DNA from: Promethearchaeota archaeon
GTDB lineage: Archaea > Asgardarchaeota > Lokiarchaeia > Sigyniarchaeales > SOKP01
NCBI GenBank assembly: GCA_048940645.1
Contig: JBHLOI010000003.1
Coordinates: 32,001-96,000, forward strand
Length of the DNA stretch: 64,000 bases
Direction: 5' to 3'
A model generated the notes under the pieces. The model did no database searches. It saw only the letters and a list, made by a program, of their open reading frames with translations, and was not told the origin of the DNA. Of the stretch, positions 50,146 to 61,008 are shown piece by piece. The position numbers were made by a program, and so were the translations under genes. The stretch's first letter is position 1. Every line of letters starts with the position of its first letter.

Positions 50146-52467
50146 ATGAAATCTAATAATCTATTATCCAAAATAAGAAGAATTTTAAAAACAGTTTATC
50201 AAAAGGTTATTCTTAAAGAGATTTATATGGAGGGAAAGCAGCCTCCAAAATCATATGCATTTAATAAAAAGTTTATAGGAATCTATGCACTTTTTTTTTC
50301 AATTTCTTTAATACTTTTAATAGCAATGAATATATCTGATATTACTTTTTCCTTGCTTTTTGAGCAACTTTTTATTGTTGGAAATGTTATTGTCGCTTTA
50401 TTCATTTTTCTATCTCTTTTTTTTAGCAGTGATAAGCTCAGAAATTTTATTTTTGAGAAGCATAGCGGTATTAAACAACTAATAATCTATTTAGGGGCAG
50501 GAATTGGATTTTATTTCCTCTTTCGTACGCTATTTTTATTTAAAGTGAATTTAATGACTTATCTGTTTTTTTTATCAACAGTTTGGTTAATTTTATTAAG
50601 TACGAGGTTTTATATGTATTCTAGAAAGTTTGCAACGAAATTAGAAGCCAAATTTATAGCAAAGTATTCGCTTACTAGACGTTTCTTAGCAGGAATCTCT
50701 CCTTATTTTATTTTAGGTTTATTAATTGTACTAGCCTTATTTTATCGTCTTGTTCTGGTGTTTATTTCTTTAGATTTTTTTGGACCCTTTGATCCTCAAG
50801 GTGCAGTTGTGGTATATCAAATAGAAATGCGAATAGTAATGCCATTAATTTATTTCAGTCTTATTATGACACTTTTATTTATTATTTTTGAGTTTATTTT
50901 TACCCGCAGAAAGGCAGAAACTAAAAGGGCTGGGTTATTTGACAATTATACATTTTCTTTAATTGTATTTTTTATCTTTTTTTTTCAGATCTTTCAGATT
51001 ACTATCTTTTTATTATTAAGACCAGAAACAATTAGTGCTTTAAAAGCTACGGTAGGTGCTACTAGCTCGACTGTATCCTTTATTTTTATTTTTGAGTTTT
51101 CAATTTCTATGTTTTTTCTATACAGGGTTATAAAAAAGTTAGGTAAGTCTCTAGGTTGGCAGATATTTTTATTTAAAAGAGATGGATTGATCCTACTAAT
51201 CTTGGGGTGTGTTATAGCTCAAACTTTAACCCGTTTTGGCTTAGAAGCTCAAATTTCGAACCAAGAGGTCAGTATTATTGGGAATTTCTTAATGTATGAT
51301 AAGTATATTATATCTATTATAATGATCATCTTTCTTGGAGCAACTTTATTGGTTTATTATCTAAAACCGCAATCAACCTCAATGTTCATTAGACTCCAAA
51401 AAGAAACTGTTGATGAAGAACAAGAAAAATTAGAAATCATATATAAACTCTTAAAGAGTGAATATATAAGAAGAGGTGAAGCTTATCCTGTTGAAATTTT
51501 AGATCGCGAATTGATAAAAGCAACAAAACTTCCTAAAAACACATTATATTCTCTTATCAAGGAGTTAGTTGACAGCGATATGGATATAATTATAAGAAAC
51601 ATAAAAGATGATTATGGTATTACTCAAAAATTTATTGATTTTGTATCTATCACCGAAAAATTTGATAAAAAAGAAGTTGCACAGAAAAAAGCAAAATCTT
51701 ATTTATCTCAGAGATTATACGAAACGATGACTAAAAAATCTCCTGATTTATTCAAATTAAATAGAGATTTAGAATCAGATAAAGCTTCGGATCTCTTTAT
51801 GTCTTCACTTACAAACACTTATAGCAAAAAACTAAAAGATGAAAGACTTAGAAAGAAAAAACAGCAAGAAACAGTTATATCTTTTACTGAAAAAGAAATT
51901 ACAGAATCTTTAAAAGAACTAATCATTGGAATATTAAAAAAAGAATATATTTATCGGATTGAAAATAACGAAAAGTATCCTGATTTTCATTTTTCTATCT
52001 CTGAAATAGCATCAATAGTTCAAATGGAAACAAAGATCACTCCAGGAGAACTTTATCCAATTTTAGAAAATTTAAATACAGATGACATTGAGTTAAAACT
52101 CTTAAAGAATAGTCATGACCCAGAAGATAAAATAATTAAATTTTTTCCTATTGCAGATGAAGCACTTATGTATTCATTAGCCAATTTTAGACCTAATGAA
52201 TTTAACAAGGTGAAAATTGAAATAATAAATCAATTTGTCAAATTTCTCAAAAGGAAGAAAACTAGAGCAGGTATTTCTAAATTGAAAAGGGGAGTAGGAA
52301 AAAATACAGAAGAACAGCGTTTATGGGATAAAATATTAAATAGTTTATATCATTATTATCCTCTTTATACTGAAGTGCAAGAAAAGATTCAAGCTGGAGA
52401 AGAAATATCAAAAGTTTTTAAAATGTTTCCAGAAAAAGATATTGACATCTTTAGTAGTGAATCCTAA
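50146..52467 (+). CDS. Polytopic membrane protein with duplicated cytosolic (wHTH-like) domains
   Basis: ~10 TM segments in aa 40-405, then a ~370-aa soluble region with an internal repeat. Confidence 0.75.
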   Translation: MKSNNLLSKIRRILKTVYQKVILKEIYMEGKQPPKSYAFNKKFIGIYALFFSISLILLIAMNISDITFSLLFEQLFIVGNVIVALFIFLSLFFSSDKLRNFIFEKHSGIKQLIIYLGAGIGFYFLFRTLFLFKVNLMTYLFFLSTVWLILLSTRFYMYSRKFATKLEAKFIAKYSLTRRFLAGISPYFILGLLIVLALFYRLVLVFISLDFFGPFDPQGAVVVYQIEMRIVMPLIYFSLIMTLLFIIFEFIFTRRKAETKRAGLFDNYTFSLIVFFIFFFQIFQITIFLLLRPETISALKATVGATSSTVSFIFIFEFSISMFFLYRVIKKLGKSLGWQIFLFKRDGLILLILGCVIAQTLTRFGLEAQISNQEVSIIGNFLMYDKYIISIIMIIFLGATLLVYYLKPQSTSMFIRLQKETVDEEQEKLEIIYKLLKSEYIRRGEAYPVEILDRELIKATKLPKNTLYSLIKELVDSDMDIIIRNIKDDYGITQKFIDFVSITEKFDKKEVAQKKAKSYLSQRLYETMTKKSPDLFKLNRDLESDKASDLFMSSLTNTYSKKLKDERLRKKKQQETVISFTEKEITESLKELIIGILKKEYIYRIENNEKYPDFHFSISEIASIVQMETKITPGELYPILENLNTDDIELKLLKNSHDPEDKIIKFFPIADEALMYSLANFRPNEFNKVKIEIINQFVKFLKRKKTRAGISKLKRGVGKNTEEQRLWDKILNSLYHYYPLYTEVQEKIQAGEEISKVFKMFPEKDIDIFSSES

Positions 52468-52560
52468 TTTTAAGTGAATTTTTTTGTATAAAAATTTCAA
52501 GGAAAAATTCAAGAAAGATTCAATATTTAGACTTTCATCTAATTAGTTGATTGCATTATA

Positions 52561-53832
52561 TTGGTATTTAATAAAATTAAAGAAAGTATTACAAGGACAT
52601 TTTTGGGATTATCTTCTTTTCAAATTCTAGTTATGTTTAGAAGAGGATTGTTTTACACCTATTTATCAATTTATATGAGAGATTTTTTGCTACTTTCTGT
52701 AACAGAAACTACTCTCTATGCTACATTGCCAATGATTATGAGTGTCACATTTCAAAATTTTATATGGGGACCATTATCAGATAAAATCCAACGAAGACGG
52801 GTATTAATAATCTTAGGGGAAATTATAGCGGGTGGTGGTACCATTTTGGTATGGGGTATTCACTCAATATTCGCAAATCTCTATATTGCGGGTTATATTA
52901 TTATTATTGGATTATCATGTATTGAAATCTTTTGGAGCATGTCTAATATTGGATGGAGTGCACTTATTAGTGATGTTTATTCACCAGAGGATAGAAATAG
53001 GATAATGGGGCAATTAACCAGTGTTGGCGGACTTGGCCGTATGATTGGAATATTAATAGGAGGTTATCTCTATGATAGTGGTTTAGGCTTTCGCAATGGC
53101 CCATTGTTTTTTGTAGCTTCATTTGTCATGTTTATTTCAACAATTCCAATGTTACTTGCTCCAGAAGGAGGAAAATATCAAATAGAATTTAAAAAAGATG
53201 AAATAAACAAAAATAAAAGAAAAAAAAGTAATTATAAGGTTGTTTTCATCATTTTTATAACTGCTTTAGTTTTTATAAATTTCGGCAGGAATAGTATTTC
53301 TGTTCCCTATTCACAATATTTAGTTTTAGAAAGTGGTTTTAATGTTAATGATATTATGTTAAGTTTTATTGCAAATACTCGCTCCTTAGCAGTGTTAACA
53401 ATCGGATTAATTGCTGGGCTGTTGAGTAAGAAATTAGGTTATTCTAAAACGCTTGTTTTTGGAACTATTTCTGCAATAGTTGCTTTACTAATTACAGCTC
53501 TAAGTTCAAATTTATTTTTAATTTTCGTAGGTAGTTTTTTAATTGGTACTTCTGATGTTATAATTAAAGCAACTTCATATACTATAGCTTCAAAATTAAT
53601 CCCTACAAAAATACGTGGGAGGTTATTTGGAGTTTATAACACAACTTTTTTCCTTTCATGGGGCCTAGCATGCACTTTAATAACAGGACCAGTTATAGAC
53701 CTCTTAATTTTTAATGGGTTTGGAGAAATTTTTGCATATCAAATCGCTTTTATAGTAGGTGCTTTAATAACTGGAATTGGATTGCTAATATTTGTATTAT
53801 TAGAATTCTGGTTAAAAATTAAAAAAAATTAA
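52561..53832 (+). CDS. MFS transporter
   Basis: WGPLSDKIQRRR motif A, 12 TM helices, RGRLFG. Confidence 0.92.
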   Translation: MVFNKIKESITRTFLGLSSFQILVMFRRGLFYTYLSIYMRDFLLLSVTETTLYATLPMIMSVTFQNFIWGPLSDKIQRRRVLIILGEIIAGGGTILVWGIHSIFANLYIAGYIIIIGLSCIEIFWSMSNIGWSALISDVYSPEDRNRIMGQLTSVGGLGRMIGILIGGYLYDSGLGFRNGPLFFVASFVMFISTIPMLLAPEGGKYQIEFKKDEINKNKRKKSNYKVVFIIFITALVFINFGRNSISVPYSQYLVLESGFNVNDIMLSFIANTRSLAVLTIGLIAGLLSKKLGYSKTLVFGTISAIVALLITALSSNLFLIFVGSFLIGTSDVIIKATSYTIASKLIPTKIRGRLFGVYNTTFFLSWGLACTLITGPVIDLLIFNGFGEIFAYQIAFIVGALITGIGLLIFVLLEFWLKIKKN

Positions 53833-53852
53833 AAAAAAATATTTTTGATAGT

Positions 53853-56800
53853 TTATTCAACTATATTCATCGGCTTACCATGATGCTCAGGAATGGGTTG
53901 TGTTCCACATGAGCTTCCCATCCAGCATACTAGCTGATTTGCTTCCCCATGCATGGGTTTACCACAATGCATTGGAATTTCTTGTTCAAATCCACATTCT
54001 TCACATACTAATTTTCCCATTTTTTTATCAACTTCTTTTTTATTATTAATTTTTTCTTTAACAGTATGAGTATCACTTTCGGCTTTTGTGTACTTTTCAG
54101 GATTCAGTTTAAATTCAGTTACACATGATTGATTGCAGAAATAATATTTCATTCCATTGTATTCATATTCAATCCAATCTTCAGCTTTGCCTTTCATACC
54201 ACATACTGGATCTATTACAAGATCTTCTTCAATTATTCCTTTCTGCATTAATTTGGGATCTATATGGTTAAAGTCTTTGTATTTTTCGGGATCATGTTTA
54301 AATTCTGATTCACATGAAGCACTACAGAAATAATATGTTTCTCCTTTGTACTTATATTCAATTGAATGGCTTGGAATGATTTGCATACCGCATATCGGGT
54401 CTATTACTTTTTTTTCTCGTAATGATCTTTCTTCTTCAAGTTGTTGTTCTGTTTTGGGTTCAAATCTTTTAAGAAAAAGAGCATTGGTTACAACTGAAAC
54501 GGAGCTGGTTGCCATAAAAACTGCTGCTAAATAGGGAGGTAAGAAAAATCCCGTAAAAGCATACAATAACCCAGCTGCAATTGGTATTCCAATAAGATTA
54601 TAAATGAAAGCCCAAAATAGGTTCGTTATCATTTTTTTATAAGTTTTTTTAGAGAGATTAATTGCTGATACGACATTTCTTAAGTCTCCTCTCATAAGCA
54701 CGATGTCAGCAGTCTCAATAGCGACATCGGTTCCAGATCCAATAGCAATTCCTACATCTGCTTGAGCTAATGCAGGAGCATCGTTTATACCATCACCCAC
54801 CATCCCAACAATTTTATGATCTCCAGATTTTTGCAATTCCTGAATAGTTAGAGCTTTCTCATTTGGTAAAACTTCTGATAATATATGTTTTTCATCAATT
54901 TTTAGCTCTTTTCCAATACTAAAAGCAGTTTGCTTATTATCGCCTGTTAACATGTAAATATCTAAGCCCATTTCTCGTAATTTATCTAAAGCATAAGGCG
55001 TTTGATCTTTTATTTTATCAGAAATTCCTATTATCCCTCTAACTACTTTATCAATACTTATTAAAATTGTAGTTACACCTTGTTGCTGAAATTCATTAAA
55101 TTTAAAATTGTATTCTTTAATTGAGATGCCATTATCTACCATTAATTTATCATTTCCAATCAAAACTGTTTTTCCTTTAATAGTTGTTTTGATTCCTTTC
55201 CCCGGAATTGCATCAAATTCTATTGGTGATTCAAGAGATAGACCTCTTTGATTTGCCTCTTCGATTATAGCACGTCCCAGAGGGTGTTCAGAACCCATTT
55301 CTGCGCTTCCAGCATAAAATAATAAATCATTGTCATTATACCCCGAACCATTTAATTCTTTTTCGGTAAACATTATTGAAACTTTCGGTTTGCCTATAGT
55401 TAAGGTTCCTGTCTTATCAAACACAATTGTATTAATAGCATTAATAGATTCTAGTGAATCGCCTCCTTTGATTAAAAGTCCGCTTTCAGCACCTTTTCCC
55501 GTACCAACCATTACAGCTGTTGGAATCGCGAGTCCTAAAGCACAAGGACATGCAATAACTACTACTGAAGTAAACACTAATAAGGATGTTTCAAGTTTAG
55601 TAGCTTGAAGTGACGAAAATATATTAGTCCCAATAAAATACCAATAAAGAAATGAGCTGATCGCTATGATAATAACTAATGGTACAAAATAATTACTAAC
55701 CTTGTCAGCTAATTGTTGTTTGGCTGCTTTCCTACTCTGAGCTTGTTTTACAAAATCTATGATTTGAAATAATAATGAATCTTTTCCTATTTTCTCGGTT
55801 ACTATATGAATTAATCCCGTCTGATTCACTGTTGCTCCAATTACTTCACTATCAATTTCTTTTTTGACATATTTACTTTCACCGGTAATCATTGATTCAT
55901 CTACTTTAGTTTTCCCTTTAATGATTTTTCCATCTACAGGAATTTTTTCCCCAGGTCTTACTATTAATATATCTCCCACTTCAATTTCTTCTACGGGAAT
56001 TTCTATTTCTTTGTTTCCTTTTAGGATGGTCGCAGTTTTTGGTTGCAAGCCGATTAACTTCTTTATTGCTTCAGATGTTTGTCCCTTAGTTTTATGTTCA
56101 AGGTATTTCCCAACTAGTAAGAAGGAAGTTATCATACTCATTGCTTCGTAAAAAGTTCTTCCTGATATAAAAAATGTTGTTAAAATAGAATAGATAAGTG
56201 CTGTAGTGGTACCTAAAGCGACCAAAACATCCATATTAGTAGATTTGTTCTTTAAAGATTTATATGCTCCAATTAAAAAGAAAGAGCCAGAAATAAGAAA
56301 GTTAGCAATTGCGAGAAAGAAAAGGACTAAATTTCTCTCGAATGATGTTGGTACAAACCAACTAATAGGGGTAATAAGTATTGAAAATGCTAGCGAAATT
56401 AACATAATACGTAAGCGATACCTCATTTCTTTCTTGTGTTGTATAATTTCCATGTCCATTACTCCAGCAGATTTTTCGATATTATAGCCGAATTGTTTTA
56501 CTTTAGAATATACTTCATTTTCTCCAATTATTAATTCATTAAATTCAATGAACATCTTAGAAGCTTTATAGTTCCCTCTGATATCATATATTCCTCGGAT
56601 ATATTTTATGTTATTAATGAAATTTTCAAATTCGCTTTCAGAAAGCTTATCTAAAACTTTCAAATCGATTTTAGCCAATGATGCCTTATATCCAAGATCC
56701 TGAATTGCATCTTTAAAAGCAGTAAAATCAATAGTTTTTGAATCATAATCAACTGTAGCTTCCTCATTTGCAAAGTTAACTACTGCTTTGTTGACCCCTT

Positions 56801-56894
56801 CAAGACTATTTAACTTAGTTTCGATCTTTAAAGCGCAATTAGCACATGTCATTCCACCTAATTTAATATTTATATTTTCTTTAGTTTCTGCCAT
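53853..56894 (-). CDS. copA: Cu(I)-translocating P1B-ATPase with N-terminal HMA and C-terminal YHS domains
   Basis: [42 protein letters not shown]; two DPxCGM..YYFC YHS repeats. Confidence 0.95.
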   Translation of the reverse strand: MAETKENINIKLGGMTCANCALKIETKLNSLEGVNKAVVNFANEEATVDYDSKTIDFTAFKDAIQDLGYKASLAKIDLKVLDKLSESEFENFINNIKYIRGIYDIRGNYKASKMFIEFNELIIGENEVYSKVKQFGYNIEKSAGVMDMEIIQHKKEMRYRLRIMLISLAFSILITPISWFVPTSFERNLVLFFLAIANFLISGSFFLIGAYKSLKNKSTNMDVLVALGTTTALIYSILTTFFISGRTFYEAMSMITSFLLVGKYLEHKTKGQTSEAIKKLIGLQPKTATILKGNKEIEIPVEEIEVGDILIVRPGEKIPVDGKIIKGKTKVDESMITGESKYVKKEIDSEVIGATVNQTGLIHIVTEKIGKDSLLFQIIDFVKQAQSRKAAKQQLADKVSNYFVPLVIIIAISSFLYWYFIGTNIFSSLQATKLETSLLVFTSVVVIACPCALGLAIPTAVMVGTGKGAESGLLIKGGDSLESINAINTIVFDKTGTLTIGKPKVSIMFTEKELNGSGYNDNDLLFYAGSAEMGSEHPLGRAIIEEANQRGLSLESPIEFDAIPGKGIKTTIKGKTVLIGNDKLMVDNGISIKEYNFKFNEFQQQGVTTILISIDKVVRGIIGISDKIKDQTPYALDKLREMGLDIYMLTGDNKQTAFSIGKELKIDEKHILSEVLPNEKALTIQELQKSGDHKIVGMVGDGINDAPALAQADVGIAIGSGTDVAIETADIVLMRGDLRNVVSAINLSKKTYKKMITNLFWAFIYNLIGIPIAAGLLYAFTGFFLPPYLAAVFMATSSVSVVTNALFLKRFEPKTEQQLEEERSLREKKVIDPICGMQIIPSHSIEYKYKGETYYFCSASCESEFKHDPEKYKDFNHIDPKLMQKGIIEEDLVIDPVCGMKGKAEDWIEYEYNGMKYYFCNQSCVTEFKLNPEKYTKAESDTHTVKEKINNKKEVDKKMGKLVCEECGFEQEIPMHCGKPMHGEANQLVCWMGSSCGTQPIPEHHGKPMNIVE

Positions 56895-57053
56895 GAAAAA
56901 TCACCTATTTCTCATACTTTTTATTACCAAAAATGATAATTATATTTTTTGTTTATATTTTGTAAATTATCTTCTTGTTGTTTTCAAGGTAGTAATTTTT
57001 AATTGATGAATATTATAGAGCTTCAAGTTTTGGTAAAAAAATTGAAACTTAAA

Positions 57054-57371
57054 TCATATTTCTTCTCCACAATACGGGCAAAATTTAACAGAATTATCAT
57101 CCAATTTTTGTCCACAATTATGGCAAAAATTTGCGTTGTTTGAACCAATTACCTTAGTATCGGTTAAATTAGAACTTGGCTTATGGTTTACATGCTTTTC
57201 GTTTTCTAGTAGACTCTGTGAATTGGGTTGGTTACTATAATGAAGGAAAAAGTATATTAAGATAATTATTGATAAAAGGATAACCACTATTCCTAAAATT
57301 ATATAAAACCAATTTCCGAATTCCATATCCATCATATGATACCCGCTATAATCATACTCATGAAACATCAT
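57054..57371 (-). CDS. Single-TM protein with His/Met-rich N-terminus and C-terminal zinc ribbon
   Basis: MMFHEYDYSGYHMMDM, one TM helix, FCHNCG..FCPYCG. Confidence 0.8.
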   Translation of the reverse strand: MMFHEYDYSGYHMMDMEFGNWFYIILGIVVILLSIIILIYFFLHYSNQPNSQSLLENEKHVNHKPSSNLTDTKVIGSNNANFCHNCGQKLDDNSVKFCPYCGEEI

Positions 57372-57405
57372 TTAACCACCTTGATTTAAAAAATATTATT
57401 ATATG

Positions 57406-57427
57406 ATATATACTGGAAAGTATATAT
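57406..57427. promoter_or_regulatory. Perfect inverted repeat, candidate operator of the cop regulator
   Basis: ATATATACT-ggaa-AGTATATAT between the divergent cop genes and the regulator. Confidence 0.6.
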
Positions 57428-57500
57428 TTAAACATATCTATTATAATATATATACAAGATTTTTATATCTTACTTAATCATTATTTACTTGTCCTAATTA

Positions 57501-57956
57501 GTGATTTCTATTATGAATGAAGAAGATGAAATTAAAGTTCAAAGTTTATCAAGATTTTTTATACTAATGTTGTTAAAATCAGAAGAATCTATTACAGGTT
57601 ATTCTATTTTAAAACGACTTGATAAAGATTTACATACAACTGCCAGTCCCACTTATGTCTATGATTTCTTAAAAAAGTTAAAGGAAGAGGGATATATTGA
57701 GGATATGCCAACCCCAAAATCAAAAAGATCTAAAGGTTATAAATTAACTTCTTCTGGGATTGCTTTTACTGATAGAATTTTTTCTAGATTTAATAACTTA
57801 ATTGAAGTTGCGATCCAATCAAAATTAAAAGTATGTGCGAGCTGTGGAGTGAAACTTTATGAAGATTTTCATGTAGAAACTATTCATGGAAAAGAAATGA
57901 ATTTTTGTTGTATTCATTGTGCAAAAGCGTACTTAGGTTCTCACCATAAAACATGA
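57501..57956 (+). CDS. PadR-type wHTH regulator with C-terminal TRASH/YHS metal-binding domain
   Basis: ITGYSILK..SPTYVYDFLKKL..GY..YKLT..G; CASCG..FCCIHC. Confidence 0.85.
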   Translation: MISIMNEEDEIKVQSLSRFFILMLLKSEESITGYSILKRLDKDLHTTASPTYVYDFLKKLKEEGYIEDMPTPKSKRSKGYKLTSSGIAFTDRIFSRFNNLIEVAIQSKLKVCASCGVKLYEDFHVETIHGKEMNFCCIHCAKAYLGSHHKT

Positions 57957-58012
57957 TTTTATTATATGATATGTGCTAGAATTTTTTTGAAAGACATATA
58001 AAAGGAGATTAT

Positions 58013-58396
58013 TTATTTCTTTTTTCGTTCCCTATATTTCTTAATTGCATCATGTAAGGCATCAGCAGCTAGATTACTACAATGCATTTTTATAGGGGGA
58101 AGACCATCTAATGAACCTGCTACATCATCTCTAGTTATTTTAATAGCCTCTTCTAAGGTTTTACCTCTTGCTAACTCAGTTATCATCGAGGAAGTCGCTA
58201 TTGCTGCCGCACATCCAAAGGTTTGAAACGAGATATCTTCAAGAATTTCTTTATTTCCCTCTTTTTTCACTTTAATGTATATGAACATCAAATCCCCACA
58301 AACTGGATTACCATACTCCCCTACGGCATCTGCATCTTTCATTTCTCCCATATTTCGGGGATTTCTGAAATGATCCATCACTTTTTCTGAGTAAAT
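58013..58396 (-). CDS. iscU: Fe-S cluster scaffold IscU/NifU
   Basis: DHFRNPRNMG, GNPVCGD, FQTFGCAAAIA, KMHCSNLA; conserved YSEKV continues upstream of GTG 58381 to ATT 58396. Confidence 0.92.
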   Translation of the reverse strand: MYSEKVMDHFRNPRNMGEMKDADAVGEYGNPVCGDLMFIYIKVKKEGNKEILEDISFQTFGCAAAIATSSMITELARGKTLEEAIKITRDDVAGSLDGLPPIKMHCSNLAADALHDAIKKYRERKKK

Positions 58397-58484
58397 GTAG
58401 AATCAACTTGAGAATTATTAATTCGATATCTAATTAAGAATTATTAAACTAAGTTTTTAATAGTTATTCTTAGATGTAAAAAGT

Positions 58485-60806
58485 CTAATTTAATATTGTA
58501 AGTTTTCTCTTTTTTGGTAAAGATACTTTTTCAACGCCGAGTTCTTTAACGTAATCTACTATATCAATTAATTTTTTAGCAGACTGATGGAAAAAGCAAA
58601 CTTCTTTTGGTTCAAGGGTCTTTATCATTTCAGTTAATTGATTCTTGTCAGCATGTAGTTTTATTTTTAGAGAGGGAACAAATGTATTGATTAGAAATGC
58701 TCTAAATGGAACCTTCCACGTCTCTGAGAATAGAATTTCATTACTCCCATCGATTAAATCCTCACCAGGTTTTTCATTGATTGAGCCTGCAAGAAATACT
58801 AGATTATGCGGATTACGCCCAATTATATTGATAATATTTCTAATGATTCCATATGAAAGATCTGGAGGATGTGAGATTATGATATTATTCTTCTTTCTTA
58901 AAAAGTCTAAATCTTCAAGATCAAACCATCTAAATTTAATACTGTTAAATGGGTTTGCTTTTTCACTTATTAAATTTGATATGGGTCCATATATATACTC
59001 ATATCTATGATTAATTACCTGAATATTTTTCCGTACCATCATATCTACATAAATATTGGGGCGCTTTTTGAAACCTTTTCTTAATTGTAATTTCCTAAAA
59101 TATCTCCAAAAGATCAGCATAAAAGTAATAGCTAAGCTTGATGGATCCGCGCCAATTAGGACATTATCTTCATACTCTGCTTTTTGCTCTAAAAATAGAA
59201 TAAGACTATGAAATTGCTCTGATAAGTTACCATAATCTTCACTAGCACTAGTTCCATCAATTAAGAGATAATCAATAGGACGTGATATTTGTCCTAAAAA
59301 TCTTCTTGTCCCTGCAAATGGTGTAATGTCATGGTAAGTATAATCTCCAGTATATAAAAATCTAAAATCTTTTACTTTTGCAAGAAGCATCAAGGCACCA
59401 GGCATGTGACCTGCATGATAAAAAGAAAGATAACATCCTTTTTCCTTAAACTTTAATTTTGTCCCATTTTCAACATAAATTACATTTTTTACGACATTTC
59501 GATATTCTTCTTCTTCAATTTCTTCATGAGATTCTTGTTTTAAAAAATTGGAATCTCTGAGTAGATATAAATCTAAAGAAATTCTCGAACACAAAATTGG
59601 AACTTCAGGATACATCCTAATTAATTCCTTTAAACCAGAAACATGATCATAGTGGCTATGAGAAAGGAAGATCGCATCAATTTTTGTTTCACTAATAATG
59701 TTATTTTTTTCTTTTTCAAATTCAATATAATTTTCTAATTTTTCATGAGAGGATATAATATCCGCAATTTCATTTTCTGATTTTCTTCTTAATTCTTCAT
59801 TTATTATCTCATTTAGATTTTGTAAATAATATTCGATATGTCGCAAATCTCCTTCAATGTCTTCTTCTTCATTTGGCTCGGTTAATCCACAATCCAAAAG
59901 AATATTTAAACTTCCTATGCCTAAGATATGACAATTATGATTTGGTTTAAGAATTATAGGATAAATTGTTATTCGAGCATTATTCACATTAGCTGGACTA
60001 TTTATAATAGAAATTTCATTGAAATAAGTTTCTTCATACTTCTTCTCTATTTTATCAATAGCGATGGAGATTTCACTATCACCAACCGGAATTCCTGTTA
60101 TATAAAAATACCAGCCATAATTTCTTACCATTTCCTCAAGATTTTCATACATGATATCTCCAATCAGTGATTTGATGACAATAACTCTTTCTTCTTGATA
60201 ATAAATTATTTTTTTAATAGATTTCTTCTCTTTATGAGGGATTTTGTTATTCTTAAGAAAAAAGTCATCTAAAACATTATTGAATGGAATTTGATCTATA
60301 TTTTTAGATTCCATAAGCTTTTTGTAATGAAAATATTCTTTAGTGTTATAGAGAGAACGCATGTTGTGCTTTTCTTTGATGGTAATGGAGTGGTCATCAT
60401 ATTGGTAAGTTTCAGTGCTAACTGTAATTTCTTCCTTTTTTAATTGCTTTTTCTTTTCCTTTTGTTTCTTATCTGATTTTGCTATATAAAAAAACCAACC
60501 ATAATTTTGAATTAGTTTGTCTCGATTATATATAATATCTTTTCCTGATTTTGTAATAATAATTATAATCCGGTCTTCTTGACAATAAATAACTTTAGAG
60601 ACGGAATTTTTAGTTTTCTTGGAAATTAAACTATTTCTTAAAAAGAGATGATCTATTACTTCTTTTATCGGTTTTTGAGGAATTTTTTTTTGTTTCATTA
60701 ATTTTAGTTTATCTTTATATGATCTTATTTTAAAAGAAGAATCTAATTCTTCCTTTTTTTGCAAAATAATTGATTTATTAAAAAAATTTAATTCCTCATC
60801 AACCAT
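58485..60806 (-). CDS. MBL/beta-CASP family nuclease with duplicated N-terminal domain
   Basis: LDCG, SHSHYDH, AGHMPGA, YTGDY, IDGT, LHAD, FFH. Confidence 0.85.
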   Translation of the reverse strand: MVDEELNFFNKSIILQKKEELDSSFKIRSYKDKLKLMKQKKIPQKPIKEVIDHLFLRNSLISKKTKNSVSKVIYCQEDRIIIIITKSGKDIIYNRDKLIQNYGWFFYIAKSDKKQKEKKKQLKKEEITVSTETYQYDDHSITIKEKHNMRSLYNTKEYFHYKKLMESKNIDQIPFNNVLDDFFLKNNKIPHKEKKSIKKIIYYQEERVIVIKSLIGDIMYENLEEMVRNYGWYFYITGIPVGDSEISIAIDKIEKKYEETYFNEISIINSPANVNNARITIYPIILKPNHNCHILGIGSLNILLDCGLTEPNEEEDIEGDLRHIEYYLQNLNEIINEELRRKSENEIADIISSHEKLENYIEFEKEKNNIISETKIDAIFLSHSHYDHVSGLKELIRMYPEVPILCSRISLDLYLLRDSNFLKQESHEEIEEEEYRNVVKNVIYVENGTKLKFKEKGCYLSFYHAGHMPGALMLLAKVKDFRFLYTGDYTYHDITPFAGTRRFLGQISRPIDYLLIDGTSASEDYGNLSEQFHSLILFLEQKAEYEDNVLIGADPSSLAITFMLIFWRYFRKLQLRKGFKKRPNIYVDMMVRKNIQVINHRYEYIYGPISNLISEKANPFNSIKFRWFDLEDLDFLRKKNNIIISHPPDLSYGIIRNIINIIGRNPHNLVFLAGSINEKPGEDLIDGSNEILFSETWKVPFRAFLINTFVPSLKIKLHADKNQLTEMIKTLEPKEVCFFHQSAKKLIDIVDYVKELGVEKVSLPKKRKLTILN

Positions 60807-61008
60807 TAATTAATTCAAATCACCTTATCAAAAAATTCTTACGAATTTTCATAGTTCCTATTAAAATTAATTATTTAAAGTTTTATTAATAGATTTGTAA
60901 TCTACCTTACATCTTCTAAATAATTATCAGGGAACCTGTCCGCTTGGAGGAAAGTTACGACTGTTAACTGATTGTCCTTGACAAATGGAAACAAAAGTTT
61001 TTGTATTA

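Noticed and set aside
60927-60985. TPP riboswitch (GAACCTG...GGAA similarity)
   Set aside because: The CUGAGA pyrimidine-sensing motif and P2/P3 helices are missing
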